47,005 nucleotides of DNA from Polyangiaceae bacterium (GCA_044222475.1 JBGANF010000054.1:1-47005); one strand, 5' to 3'. Positions 27,747 to 37,195 are shown, numbered from the stretch's first letter. Made by a program: numbers and translations. The notes: generated from the letters alone by a model not told the origin.

Positions 27747-29117
27747 GTGCGCACCCTCGTCTGGTTTCGCGGAAAAGACCTGCGCGTCGCCGATCACGCG
27801 CCGCTCACCGCCGCGATCGAAGGCGGCGAGGTGGTGCCGCTCTTCGTCCTCGATCCGTACTTCTTCGACCCGGCTCGGGCGCGGAAGCTTCCTCACCGGA
27901 TGCAGTTCCTGCTCGAGTCCCTGGAGGCGCTGAAGAAGAACCTCGAGCACCTCGGCAGCGAGCTCGTCGTCGTGCGGGGGAAGAGCGTCGACGTCGTGCC
28001 CGATCTCGCGCGCCGATGGCGGGTCGATCGGGTCTTCGCCCATCGCTGGGTCGAGCCGTTCGGTCGCGAGCGCGACGCGCGAGTCGCGAAAGGCCTCGGT
28101 CCGATCCCGTTGGAGCTCTTCGAAGGAGAGACGCTGCTCCCGCCCGGCTCGGTGCGCAGCGGGAGTGGGAACCCGTTCGCGGTGTTCACTCCGTTCGCGC
28201 GCTCGGTGGCGAAGGCGCTCCACGTGTCGCCGGCGCTGCGTGCTCCGAAGAGCCTTCCCCCGATTCCGGCCGACGTTCGTACCAAATCGGTACCGATCCC
28301 CAAGCTCGCCGACCTCGGGATCGAGCACAACCCGCGGCTGATCGCTGGAGGGGAGCGCGCGGCGCGGGCGCGGCTCGACGCGTTCGTCGACGGTCCGGTG
28401 AAGCGCTACGACGCCGACCGGAATCGGATGGACCTCGCCGGCACGAGCCGCCTCTCCGCCGACCTGAAGTTCGGCACCCTCTCGATTCGAACGGTGTGGA
28501 TCAAAGCTCACACCCACGCTCGCACCGACTCGGAGGCGACGCGGGTGTTCGCGAACGAGCTCCTCTGGCGCGAGTTCGCGCACCACACGCTCTTCGATCG
28601 CCCGTCCCTCCTCGAGGAGCCGTTTCGTCGCGACTTCGCCGGATTCCCGTGGAAGCCGGGCCGCGGCGCCGCGTGGGACGCGTGGGTGACCGGCCACACC
28701 GGCTACCCGGTCGTGGACGCGGCCGCGCGCCAGCTCCTCGGCGAAGGCTTCGTCCACAACCGCGCTCGGATGATCGCCGCGAGCTTCCTCACGAAGCACC
28801 TCGGCATCGACTTTCGCGCGGGCGAGGCGCACTACCTGGAGTACCTCGTCGACGGCGACTGGGCCCAGAACGACATGGGTTGGCAGTGGAGCGCCGGTTG
28901 CGGGTGCGACGCGCAACCCTGGTTCCGCGTGTTCGCGCCGCTCACCCAAGGCGAGCGCTTCGATCCGAACGGTGACTACGCGCGGCGGTGGATTCCCGAG
29001 CTCGGCACGGCCGCCTATCCGCGACCGATCGTCGATCACGCGAAGGCGCGCGCGGCCTTCCTCGCGACGGCGAAGACCCACCTCGGGCGAGTCACGCCTC
29101 TCGAACGACGATCGTAG
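27747..29117 (+). CDS. phrB: deoxyribodipyrimidine photolyase/cryptochrome family protein
   Basis: LVWFRGKDLR..DH, TSRLSADLKFG, ELLWREF, TGYPVVDAA, HNRARMIAASFL, D.DWAQN..GWQW, DPNGDY..RWIPEL; GTG start within ORF 26601..29117. Confidence 0.9.
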   Translation: MRTLVWFRGKDLRVADHAPLTAAIEGGEVVPLFVLDPYFFDPARARKLPHRMQFLLESLEALKKNLEHLGSELVVVRGKSVDVVPDLARRWRVDRVFAHRWVEPFGRERDARVAKGLGPIPLELFEGETLLPPGSVRSGSGNPFAVFTPFARSVAKALHVSPALRAPKSLPPIPADVRTKSVPIPKLADLGIEHNPRLIAGGERAARARLDAFVDGPVKRYDADRNRMDLAGTSRLSADLKFGTLSIRTVWIKAHTHARTDSEATRVFANELLWREFAHHTLFDRPSLLEEPFRRDFAGFPWKPGRGAAWDAWVTGHTGYPVVDAAARQLLGEGFVHNRARMIAASFLTKHLGIDFRAGEAHYLEYLVDGDWAQNDMGWQWSAGCGCDAQPWFRVFAPLTQGERFDPNGDYARRWIPELGTAAYPRPIVDHAKARAAFLATAKTHLGRVTPLERRS

Positions 29118-29577
29118 GCTCGTTCGTGACGGGGAAGTTCACCGAGCACGCGATGAAGCAGTGCGTGTGCGCCTTCGGGTGGAGCCGCTTCGCGAGGTCC
29201 ACCTTCTCGGGGGTGGTCCCCGCCGCGAGTACCACTTTGGGACGAAGGACTGCGCTCGTGAACTTCACGACACGGTCGACCTTCTCCATCACGCCGCTGG
29301 CGTCGTCCTCGTAGCCGACCATCTCGATGCCGGACCGAGCGCACAGCGCGGCGTAGGTGAGAAAGTGGCACGACGAGAGGGCGGCCATCAGCAGGTCCTC
29401 GGGGTTGTGGAGCTTCGGGTCGCCCACGAACGCCGGCGCCGACGACATGGTGAGCGAAGGCTTGCCGTCGAAGTCGACTCGGACCTCCCGGGAGTAGGTC
29501 GCGTAGTCCTTGGTTCCCCCGGCCGCGGCGCCGGTCCAGGTCATTTTGCAGTTGAATCGATGGGTTTCGTCGCTCAT
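29092..29577 (-). CDS. OsmC/Ohr family protein
   Basis: GDPKLHNPEDLLMAALSSCH...AHTHCFIACSV, with two conserved Cys. Confidence 0.9.
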   Translation of the reverse strand: MSDETHRFNCKMTWTGAAAGGTKDYATYSREVRVDFDGKPSLTMSSAPAFVGDPKLHNPEDLLMAALSSCHFLTYAALCARSGIEMVGYEDDASGVMEKVDRVVKFTSAVLRPKVVLAAGTTPEKVDLAKRLHPKAHTHCFIACSVNFPVTNEPTIVVREA

Positions 29578-29588
29578 GAGGGGGGCCC

Positions 29589-29616
29589 TTGACGTGTTAG
29601 CAATGTGATATCACTT
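29589..29616. promoter_or_regulatory. promoter/operator upstream of the SPFH-Arc operon
   Basis: TTGACG at 29589-29594 and perfect palindrome GTGATATCAC at 29605-29614 in an AT-rich spacer; plausible site for the downstream Arc-like regulator. Confidence 0.5.
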
Positions 29617-29638
29617 TGATGTCGTAGGAGGCACGGTG

Positions 29639-30511
29639 ATGAAAGACGTACGTGAGGTCGAGGCGTCGGGTGGTCCAGGCGGGGCGATGCTCTTCTTGGG
29701 GCTCTTGGCGCTCGTGGGGTCGGTCGGGCTCGGCATCGACGGCGGGCGAACGAACGAGCCGCTCGAGGTACTGGCTGCGCCGTTCGTCGCGCTCGCCGGG
29801 ATTCTAGTCCTCGCCGGGCTGGTCACGGTAGCGCCGAACGAGGGCGTCGTCCTCCAGCTCTTCGGCAGCTACGTGGGCACGCTGAAGGAGTCCGGTTTGC
29901 GCTGGACGAACCCGTTCTACTCGAAGCGGAAGATCTCGCTCCGCGTCACGAGCTGGGCGAGCCCGAACATGAAGGTCAACGACAAGGACGGTAACCCGAT
30001 CGAGATCGGCTGCGTCGTCGTCTTCAAGGTGCGCGACACCGCGCAGGCGTCGTTCGCGGTGGACGACTACAACGGCTTCGTCCGCACGCAGGCCGAGGCG
30101 TCGCTTCGAAACCTCGCGTCGCGTCACCCCTACGACGGCCATGACGACGAGATCTCGCTGCGGCGAAACACCGGCGAGATGGCGGACGCGCTCAAGGTGG
30201 AGATCCAGTCCCACGTCGGGCTCATCGGGCTCGACGTCACCGACGCCAAGGTCAGCCACCTCGCCTACGCGCCCGAGATCGCGCACGCGATGCTCCAGCG
30301 ACAGCAGGCCGCCGCCGTCATCGCCGCGCGAACGAAGATCGTCGAAGGCGCCGTGTCGATGGTGCAGATGGCGCTCGAGCACCTGTCGGACCGGAAGATC
30401 GTCGAGCTCGACGAAGAGCGGAAGGCGCAGATGGTGTCGAACCTGCTCGTCGTGCTTTGCAGCGATCGCTCGGTGCAACCGGTCGTGAACAGCGGAACGA
30501 TCTACTCCTGA
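29639..30511 (+). CDS. SPFH (band 7) domain membrane protein
   Basis: Two TM helices, [54 protein letters not shown]. Confidence 0.9.
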   Translation: MKDVREVEASGGPGGAMLFLGLLALVGSVGLGIDGGRTNEPLEVLAAPFVALAGILVLAGLVTVAPNEGVVLQLFGSYVGTLKESGLRWTNPFYSKRKISLRVTSWASPNMKVNDKDGNPIEIGCVVVFKVRDTAQASFAVDDYNGFVRTQAEASLRNLASRHPYDGHDDEISLRRNTGEMADALKVEIQSHVGLIGLDVTDAKVSHLAYAPEIAHAMLQRQQAAAVIAARTKIVEGAVSMVQMALEHLSDRKIVELDEERKAQMVSNLLVVLCSDRSVQPVVNSGTIYS

Positions 30512-30520
30512 CGGTCGCCC

Positions 30521-30700
30521 ATGGCCGCCGAGCGCAAAGCCTTCCTTCTCCGTGTCGACCCAGCGCTGCTCGAGGCGCTGCAGCGCTGGGCCGACGACGA
30601 TCTGAGGAGCTTGAACGGGCAGATCGAGTTTCTCTTGCGGCGCGCGCTGCTGGAGAGCGGGCGTGGTGAGGGGAAGAAGAAGAAGGGGCCCTTGCCTTGA
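30521..30700 (+). CDS. Arc/ribbon-helix-helix DNA-binding protein (59 aa; missing from the ORF track)
   Basis: Manual translation: MAAERKAFLLRVDPALLEALQRWADDDLRSLNGQIEFLLRRALLESGRGEGKKKKGPLP; this family commonly follows SPFH genes. Confidence 0.85.
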   Translation: MAAERKAFLLRVDPALLEALQRWADDDLRSLNGQIEFLLRRALLESGRGEGKKKKGPLP

Positions 30701-30745
30701 TTGGCGATTCCGAGCGATGGTGAAGGGTCTGCCTTGGAGGCCTGC

Positions 30746-32323
30746 ATGCGTCGTGTGGTCGCGGTCCTTTCGTGCGCTTGGGGGATCATCGGATGCGTGG
30801 GGGATACCCCGGTCGACAAAGTCGACTCGGGGACGTTGCCCGACGCGACCCCGGACACGTCGAAGACGGACGCCGCCGCAGACGTGAGCGCGCCGAAGTT
30901 CACGATCGGCGGCAACGTTCACTTCCTCCAAGCGGCCGGCGGAGACGCGGGCGTCGGCCTCGTGCTCACCAACAACGGCACCGATCCGGTGACGGTCACG
31001 AACGCCGGCGCATTTACGTTCCCGACCCAGGCTGCGACCTACGACGTCACGGTGACGACGAATCCACCGGGCCAAGTCTGCTCCGTTCGGGGAAACACTG
31101 GCAAAGGAACTGCCACCGCCGACGTCACCACCATCGAAGTCGGGTGCACGATCGCTCTTCAGAGCAGCGGCGGCACGAGCGTCGTCACGACGCAGTCGAA
31201 GACGCCAGTCGCCATCCCGGGCGTCGCCCCGCTCGCGTTCACGACCGACGTGGCGAGCAAGGCGTTGGTCAGCCTGATGGTGCCCTCGGTCGCCCTCCCC
31301 CAGAGCTCCTACGACGACGTGTTCACCGCGATCCGCCTCGACGGAAACGTCGTGGCGTCGGGGCGGTCCGGCAACCAAGGCGGCACCGTGGGCCCCGCGG
31401 CGCACACCATCTACGCGATCATCGACGTTCCGGCGGGCTCGCACTCGTTGACGAGCACGTGGAACACCGTGTTCAACGTCGGAAACAACACGATCACGGC
31501 GAACGGTCCGTTTCCGATTCAGCTCGACGTCGTAGTGCTCGACTCGCTCTCGACCTACGTCGCTTCGGCGCGCGGTGTCGGTTCGGCGAGCCAAAGCACG
31601 TCTTCGAGCTCGATGGCCCCGATGATGGCCGACGTTGCGTTCACGACGCAGAGCGCCGGGCCCGTGCTCGGTCTCTTTCAAGCGCCGTACGTGACTACCG
31701 GTAACGGCGTGGGCTCGACGCTGTATGGCTCGGCGTTCAATCTCTCCGTCGACTCGACGCTCGTGTCCACCGGGCGGGTCAACGCGAACCTGCAGAACTT
31801 CGCTCCGTTGCTCGTTGCCCTCTCCCCCACGACCGCAGGCACCCACGCGCTCAAGGCGGCCTGGGCGAACCCGACGCCGTCGGTCGCGGTTCAAGCGGTC
31901 GCCAGCCCCACCATGGATGCGATCGTGTTCTCGGGGACGGCCAAGACCGCGTCGAGCCAGGTGACCGGCGATCAGACCACGTCGAGCGGATCGTTCATCT
32001 CGATCCCCGGCCTCGCACCCCTGACGGTCTCGCCGACGCAGCCGACCAAGGCGCTCGTCATCATGCACGTGGACTCCGCTGGCGGAGCGGCGGTCGTCTC
32101 GGCCGGCGGCGAGTTCACGGTCGCGCTCGACAACGCAGGCATCGCCGGCGGCATGAACGCGATCGGCGCGGCCGTCGCCGGCGCGACCTATCCGTTGACG
32201 CTTCTCCAACTCGTGTCGGTCCCCGCGGGCTCGCACACCCTTCAGGGGCAGTTTCGCAGCACCACGAACAACGTCCACACCGGACCTGGCACGACGAGCC
32301 TGAGCGCAATCGTCATCGAGTGA
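30746..32323 (+). CDS. surface lipoprotein with Ig-like domain and three tandem ~130-aa beta domains
   Basis: RBS GGAGG; lipobox IIGC; 'FTIGG...LVLTNNG...FTF...YDVTV..P.GQVCSV...V.C' domain; internal repeats IPGVAPL/IPGLAPL and VPAGSHSL/TAGTHAL/VPAGSHTL. Confidence 0.8.
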   Translation: MRRVVAVLSCAWGIIGCVGDTPVDKVDSGTLPDATPDTSKTDAAADVSAPKFTIGGNVHFLQAAGGDAGVGLVLTNNGTDPVTVTNAGAFTFPTQAATYDVTVTTNPPGQVCSVRGNTGKGTATADVTTIEVGCTIALQSSGGTSVVTTQSKTPVAIPGVAPLAFTTDVASKALVSLMVPSVALPQSSYDDVFTAIRLDGNVVASGRSGNQGGTVGPAAHTIYAIIDVPAGSHSLTSTWNTVFNVGNNTITANGPFPIQLDVVVLDSLSTYVASARGVGSASQSTSSSSMAPMMADVAFTTQSAGPVLGLFQAPYVTTGNGVGSTLYGSAFNLSVDSTLVSTGRVNANLQNFAPLLVALSPTTAGTHALKAAWANPTPSVAVQAVASPTMDAIVFSGTAKTASSQVTGDQTTSSGSFISIPGLAPLTVSPTQPTKALVIMHVDSAGGAAVVSAGGEFTVALDNAGIAGGMNAIGAAVAGATYPLTLLQLVSVPAGSHTLQGQFRSTTNNVHTGPGTTSLSAIVIE

Positions 32324-32326
32324 CGG

Positions 32327-35122
32327 CTACGCCGGCACGCCGAGGATCCGCTCGCGCATCACGAGAGTCGGGCCCTTCGTGCGGTCGACGCGGAAGCCGT
32401 TGGTGAGCGGGATGTCGACCGCGACGATTAGCTCGTCGGGGCGGAGCGACGGTGGGATCGCGTCGAGCACCTCGCGGAAGCGCGCGGTCTGCGCTTCGTC
32501 GCAGGTGATCGCCGCGCAGATGCGTGCGTTCCGCACCCACGCGCACGCGCGACCGACCCCGGGAAGCTCGTAGAGGGCGTCTTCGACTTGCCGCAGGCTC
32601 ACGACGCCGCGGTCGGTCTGGACGAAGCCGGAGAGCGCGTCGATGAGCCAGTAGTCGCCGTCGTCGTCCTGGCGGAGCACGTCGGTCCCGGTGCGTTCGG
32701 TGCCGTCGTCGTCGCGGATGCGCAGGATGCCGTGGCCGCCGCGCTCGGCGTCGACGAGCTGACCATGAGCGTCGCGCACGGGCTGGTGCGTCTCGAGGTC
32801 GCAGCGAACGAGCTCGACGTGCGCGCTCCCCGGGAGCGGACGACCGAGCGCGCCTGGCTTCTCGCCGACGGCGTTGGCGAAGACGACGCGGAGGCTCGTG
32901 CTCGCGTAGAACTCGAGCGTGCCGACGCCGAAGCGCGCCTCGATGGCCTCGGCCAATCGCGGGCGCATGCCGCTCCCGGCGAACAGTCGTACCGGAAGGG
33001 TACGATCGGCCGGGCTCGGCGGAGCGTCGAGGAGAGGACGGAGCATCTCGCCGGCGTAGAACACGACCGTCGCGCCCACGCGACGCAGATCGCGGACGAA
33101 GGTCGTCGGATCGTAGCCTTCGCCGAGCGCGAGGCGCGCACCGCCGACGAGCGCGGCGCCGACGCTCGCGAGGATGCCGGTCGGGTGGTGCAGCGGGATC
33201 GCGCAGTGCACGGTGTCGGAGGGTTTCAACGTGCACGCCGCGGCCGCTCCGAGCGCAGAGAGCGCCCAGCGACGGCCGGTGACCGGAGCGGCTCGAAGGC
33301 CGCCACCGTCGGTCGGCCGCAGAAGGATCATCGCGAGGTCCTTCGCGCGGAGCCGATCCACGGAGTGGCCGATCTCGATCGTCTTCGGATCGATCGCCTC
33401 CATGTCGACGAGGGCGGCCTCGTCGGCGAGAGCGCGCGTCGCGCCGCCGCCGAGGACGAGCACCTTGCCGTTCCAGCTCTTCGCGAGCTTCTGCCCGTTC
33501 TCGGGATCGGCGACGAGGTGCTTCGCGCCCTCTGCGACGCCTCGCTCGACGATCGTCTTCGCGTCGACTTGGGGCGGCGCGATGATCGGGATCGCCCCGA
33601 GGCGCGCGACCGCGGTGACGACGGAGAGGAAGCTCGGTCGCGAGCCCATCACGACGAGCACGCGATCGTCGGGTCGAACGCCGCTCGCCCAGAGGCCGCG
33701 GGCGACGTTCGTCACGCGCTCGTCGGCGTCGCGGTAGGTGAACGCGCGCCCGCGCCACAGGAAGAACGTCGCGTCCGGGTGGAGCTTCGCCGCTTCGGCG
33801 AGCGCGGCGGCGGGGCCGATCGGATCGTCGTCGTGGAGGTTCGCGAGGCGTCGAAGTCGCGGCTCTTGGAAGCGGAGGGCGTCGAGGGTGTCCGACCCGG
33901 CGCTGGCGGCGTCACCGAGGCGGCGCCAGGCGTTGCCGGCGGTGCGGCGGAGCGTGCCGAAGAGGAGCTCGAGGTCGACGTCGAAGTCGGCGTCGTCCTC
34001 GGGTTCGGCTGCTTCCTTCGTGGCAAGGAAGCGCGGCTTCGGTCCTGTCCCATTTTGGTAATGGAGCCAGTCGCTGACGGTGGGCCAGGTCGTCCCCATC
34101 GCGCGCGACCCGACGACGAGGCCGAAGTGACCCGCGCGGATCGGGAAGAACGTGACCTTGGCGTCGGGCGCGGCGTCGGCAAGGGCGCGGACCGCGTCCT
34201 CGCGGGCGATCTCGTCGGTGGTGCCGACGAACGCGAGGATCGGGCAGGTGAGGTCGGCGAGGGTGACCGTTCGACCGTTGATGACGAAGCCGCCGGACAT
34301 CATCCGGTTGTGGACGATGAAGTCGCTGACGAACGCTCGGAAGGCGGGCCCCGGCCACGCGACGAAGCCCTCGCCGCCGAGGAACCGGCGACGCGCCTCG
34401 CCGCGCTCGAGCGCTTTGCGGTCGTGCAGCATCCGGAGAAACTCGACGCGCTGTTGGATCTCTTTGCGACCGCTGACGATCTTGAAGCCGGTGCTGGTGA
34501 GCGCGCCGGGGAGCGCTTCGAGGCGATCCAAGATCGGGCGGAGAGCCGGCTCGACGTACTCGACGATGGCGCCGGTGACGTCGCTGCGCACCGCCGGCAG
34601 GCTGCGGTGGATGTCGACCGGGCTGCCGAACGTGACGATGGATCCGAGGCCTTCGCCGCGGAGGTAGGCGGCGGCCTGGTACGCGAACATGCCGCCCTGC
34701 GAGTAGCCGAGGAGGTGGACGGGGCGCTTCTCGGTCTCGCGGACGTACGCGAACGCAGAGAGGACGGCGCGCACGTGATCGTCCAGGGTACGCTCGAGGC
34801 CGCCCTCTTCGCGCTCGGGAGCGCCGAAGTCGATCACGTACGGGACGACGCCGCGTGTTCCGAGGGCGGTGACCGCCGAGATGTCGGGCGCGACGTCGTA
34901 GATCTCGGCCGTGACCATGAGCGGAGGGATGAAGAGCGCGATCGGCGCGCCCTCCGCGGCGTTGGTCGTGTAGCGGCGGAGACGGTAGTCCTTCCCCTGA
35001 TCGACGATGGCGTAGGCCGATGCGTCGGTGGTCGAGAGGCGGCCGACGCGGGCGATTTCGAGCGCGTTCCGAGTGGCGGCGCGGACTCGGCGCCGAATGC
35101 GAGCGACGCTGCGAAGGATCAC
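32327..35122 (-). CDS. PhaC-like alpha/beta-hydrolase fused to an acyl-CoA synthetase-like domain (Rv1683-like)
   Basis: PPLMV..EIYDV, IDFGAP, GYSQGGMF, FGSPVD, AGHFGLVVGS; then an AMP-binding fold (PLHHPTG, YAGEM, RLFAGSGM, D..RQDDDGDYW). GTG start overlaps the upstream stop (GTGA). Confidence 0.8.
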   Translation of the reverse strand: MILRSVARIRRRVRAATRNALEIARVGRLSTTDASAYAIVDQGKDYRLRRYTTNAAEGAPIALFIPPLMVTAEIYDVAPDISAVTALGTRGVVPYVIDFGAPEREEGGLERTLDDHVRAVLSAFAYVRETEKRPVHLLGYSQGGMFAYQAAAYLRGEGLGSIVTFGSPVDIHRSLPAVRSDVTGAIVEYVEPALRPILDRLEALPGALTSTGFKIVSGRKEIQQRVEFLRMLHDRKALERGEARRRFLGGEGFVAWPGPAFRAFVSDFIVHNRMMSGGFVINGRTVTLADLTCPILAFVGTTDEIAREDAVRALADAAPDAKVTFFPIRAGHFGLVVGSRAMGTTWPTVSDWLHYQNGTGPKPRFLATKEAAEPEDDADFDVDLELLFGTLRRTAGNAWRRLGDAASAGSDTLDALRFQEPRLRRLANLHDDDPIGPAAALAEAAKLHPDATFFLWRGRAFTYRDADERVTNVARGLWASGVRPDDRVLVVMGSRPSFLSVVTAVARLGAIPIIAPPQVDAKTIVERGVAEGAKHLVADPENGQKLAKSWNGKVLVLGGGATRALADEAALVDMEAIDPKTIEIGHSVDRLRAKDLAMILLRPTDGGGLRAAPVTGRRWALSALGAAAACTLKPSDTVHCAIPLHHPTGILASVGAALVGGARLALGEGYDPTTFVRDLRRVGATVVFYAGEMLRPLLDAPPSPADRTLPVRLFAGSGMRPRLAEAIEARFGVGTLEFYASTSLRVVFANAVGEKPGALGRPLPGSAHVELVRCDLETHQPVRDAHGQLVDAERGGHGILRIRDDDGTERTGTDVLRQDDDGDYWLIDALSGFVQTDRGVVSLRQVEDALYELPGVGRACAWVRNARICAAITCDEAQTARFREVLDAIPPSLRPDELIVAVDIPLTNGFRVDRTKGPTLVMRERILGVPA

Positions 35123-35514
35123 TTGGGCGGTGGCTCGATCAGATCGAAGCGATTGCCGTAGAGGTCTTCGAACACGGCGACGCGACCGGCGGGCGTGAAC
35201 TCGGGCGGGCGGATGAATTTGACGCCGCGAGCGGTGAACGTTTGGAAGTCCTTCTCGAAGTCGTCGGTCTCGAGGAAGACGAACACGCGGTCGCCGGCTT
35301 GCTGGCCGACGCTGGCGCTCTGCGAATCGGTCGATGCGCGGGCGAGGAGGATCCCGGTGCCGGTCGCGCCGCGCGGGCGGACGCGGACCCATCGCTTGCC
35401 GCCGCCGAGCTCGGTGTCTTCGATGACGTCGAAGCCGAGCTTGCGCGTGTAGAACGCGATCGCTTCGTCGTAGTCGCGCACGGTGATGGTGAAGAGAGAG
35501 ATTCTTTGGGCCAT
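35119..35514 (-). CDS. VOC/glyoxalase family protein
   Basis: VRDYDEAIAFY..KLGF, GKRWV, LETDDF, G.VAVFEDLYGN.FDL. Confidence 0.9.
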   Translation of the reverse strand: MAQRISLFTITVRDYDEAIAFYTRKLGFDVIEDTELGGGKRWVRVRPRGATGTGILLARASTDSQSASVGQQAGDRVFVFLETDDFEKDFQTFTARGVKFIRPPEFTPAGRVAVFEDLYGNRFDLIEPPPK

Positions 35515-35519
35515 TGGGG

Positions 35520-36110
35520 TCAGCGCTCCATCGCCGCGCGGTACATCGAGTTCTTGGGTTGCGCGAAGACGCGCCGGAGCATCGGTTCGAAGAAGGACAA
35601 CGGGAGCGTCTCGGCTTTTGCGTCGAACGCGGGGCCGTCGTACTTGGCGCAGAACTCGGCGGTGCGCGCGAAGTGAGGGTGGTCGCGGAACGCGTCGCGC
35701 ATGTCGCGGTTCATGCCGATGTGGTGGAAGAAGTAGTAGCCCTGGAAGATGCCGTGTTTCTCGACCATCCAGAGGTTCTCTTCGGAGACGAAGGGTTTGA
35801 GGATCGCGGCGGCGATGTCGGGGTGGTTGTAGGTCCCGAGCGTGTCGCCGATGTCGTGGAGGAGCGCGCAGACGACGTACTCTTCGTCGCGGCCGTCTTT
35901 GTGGGCGAGGGTCGCGGTCTGGAGGCAGTGGGTGAGGCGATCGATGGGGAACCCGCCGTAGTCGCCGTCGAGGAGGCGCAGGTGGGTGAGCACGCGATCG
36001 GGGAGATGCTGGGCGAACGGGATGAACTGCGACCCGATGATGGCCCAGTCACCGGCGGTGCTCGCGTCCATCGACGTGAAGGTGGCGCGAGGCTCTCGTT
36101 CGTCGCTCAT
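35520..36110 (-). CDS. HD domain protein (PhnZ/MIOX-like metal-ligand pattern)
   Basis: LTHCLQTAT, ALLHDIGD, NHPD, VEKHG, YD: H...HD...H...H...D ligand set. Confidence 0.8.
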   Translation of the reverse strand: MSDEREPRATFTSMDASTAGDWAIIGSQFIPFAQHLPDRVLTHLRLLDGDYGGFPIDRLTHCLQTATLAHKDGRDEEYVVCALLHDIGDTLGTYNHPDIAAAILKPFVSEENLWMVEKHGIFQGYYFFHHIGMNRDMRDAFRDHPHFARTAEFCAKYDGPAFDAKAETLPLSFFEPMLRRVFAQPKNSMYRAAMER

Positions 36111-36150
36111 AGATGGAACCTACAGTACCAGAGCGCGACTGTGGGAAGCG

Positions 36151-36387
36151 CTAACGTCGGACCGGTCGGGCAATCCTGAGCCAAAAGACGGCGTTCGGCC
36201 GACGAACCTCGATCGGGAGCTCCTCCTCGGAAATGTCGTCATCGAAGCCGCCATTCAGGTGGCCGACGCCGACACCGATGATGACCCTCCACCGTGTGCG
36301 TTTCAGCTTGGCGATGACTCGACACGGCACGCTGCCTGGCACGTCGGACAGGTGAACCTCACGATTCGCGTGGCCGTCGTCGATCAC
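36151..36387 (-). CDS. small hypothetical protein (78 aa) coupled to the transposase gene
   Basis: GTG start overlaps the transposase TGA (GTGA at 36384-36387); non-repetitive sequence ...RVIIGVGVGHLNGGFDDDISEEELPIEVRRPNAVFWL... lacks the Arg/Ala bias of shadow ORFs. Confidence 0.45.
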   Translation of the reverse strand: MIDDGHANREVHLSDVPGSVPCRVIAKLKRTRWRVIIGVGVGHLNGGFDDDISEEELPIEVRRPNAVFWLRIARPVRR

Positions 36388-37046
36388 CGCGGTCTCTCGT
36401 GGGTGTGCACCAGCCCGTGACGTCGCCAGCCGACTCTGGCCAGCCACGTCTTCGGCGCCGCTGTCGGGCGTTCGTCCGCCACGGGCACGGCGTCGGCCAG
36501 GCCGTCGAACCAAGGCGTAGACGAGAAGCGATCGATGCCGCTGAGCCTCAACCCGTGCTTCTTCACGTTCATCAGCACGTAGACGATCGCGTTGCGCACC
36601 TCGTGCGGCGTCCGCAGCGCGCGCGCGTGGTAGCGCTCGTTCCAGACGCGTCCTCGCACTGCGAGTACGCGATTCACCGTTCGCGCGAGACGCGTGTTCA
36701 ATCCGCGCATCCCGCGGGAGAGCGACTCCTTGTCGTGCGCTTCGACGATCAGGTGCACGTGATTCGTCTGCACCGAGAAATGCAGGATGCGAAACGAGCT
36801 CCCGAGGATCGGCGACCGACCCGACGCAGAGATCGCCTCGCGAACCGCCGACACGATCGCCTCTTCACGGAACGACGGCAATCCAGCCCGCGCGCGCACC
36901 GTGACGTGCACCGGATGGCTCGCCCGATGCGACGGCCGGGCGACGTGCGGCACCTTCGGCCGGGGGCCGGGCTTTCGACCGGCACCGGGGCGAGCGCCAC
37001 CCCAGGTGCGCCGACGGAGCGGGAGCTCGAGTTGCGTCGCAGGCAT
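36384..37046 (-). mobile_element. stand-alone Y1 HUH transposase (RAYT / IS200-like)
   Basis: PVHVTVR, FSVQTNHVHLIVEA (HUH), G.VWNERYH, NAIVYVLMN (catalytic Tyr); no tnpB next to it. Confidence 0.85.
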
Positions 37047-37059
37047 CTTGAATTAGGCA

Positions 37060-37088
37060 ATCATATGTCGTGAACATCGTCCGGTCAA
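37060..37088 (-). promoter_or_regulatory. sigma70-type promoter of the transposase
   Basis: Minus strand TTGACC-N17-TATGAT, ending 13 nt before the ATG. Confidence 0.75.
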
Positions 37089-37117
37089 GGGCTCGCCGCT
37101 GCACGGAGGCGGACTCG

Positions 37118-37195
37118 GAAGCGGAAGCGGAAGCGGAAGCCGAAGCGGAAGCGGAAGCCGAAGCGGAAGCGGAAGCCGAAGCCGAAGCCGAAGCG
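37118..37195. repeat. hexanucleotide tandem repeat (GAAGCG/GAAGCC)x13
   Basis: Counted directly: 13 contiguous units, intergenic between the transposase promoter and the PP2C gene. Confidence 0.95.

Noticed and set aside
37118..37195. Possible CRISPR array, or a poly-(Glu-Ala) protein (ORF 37070..37411)
   Set aside because: The units are contiguous hexamers without spacers and there are no cas genes; the ORF overlaps the transposase promoter and the PP2C gene out of frame.
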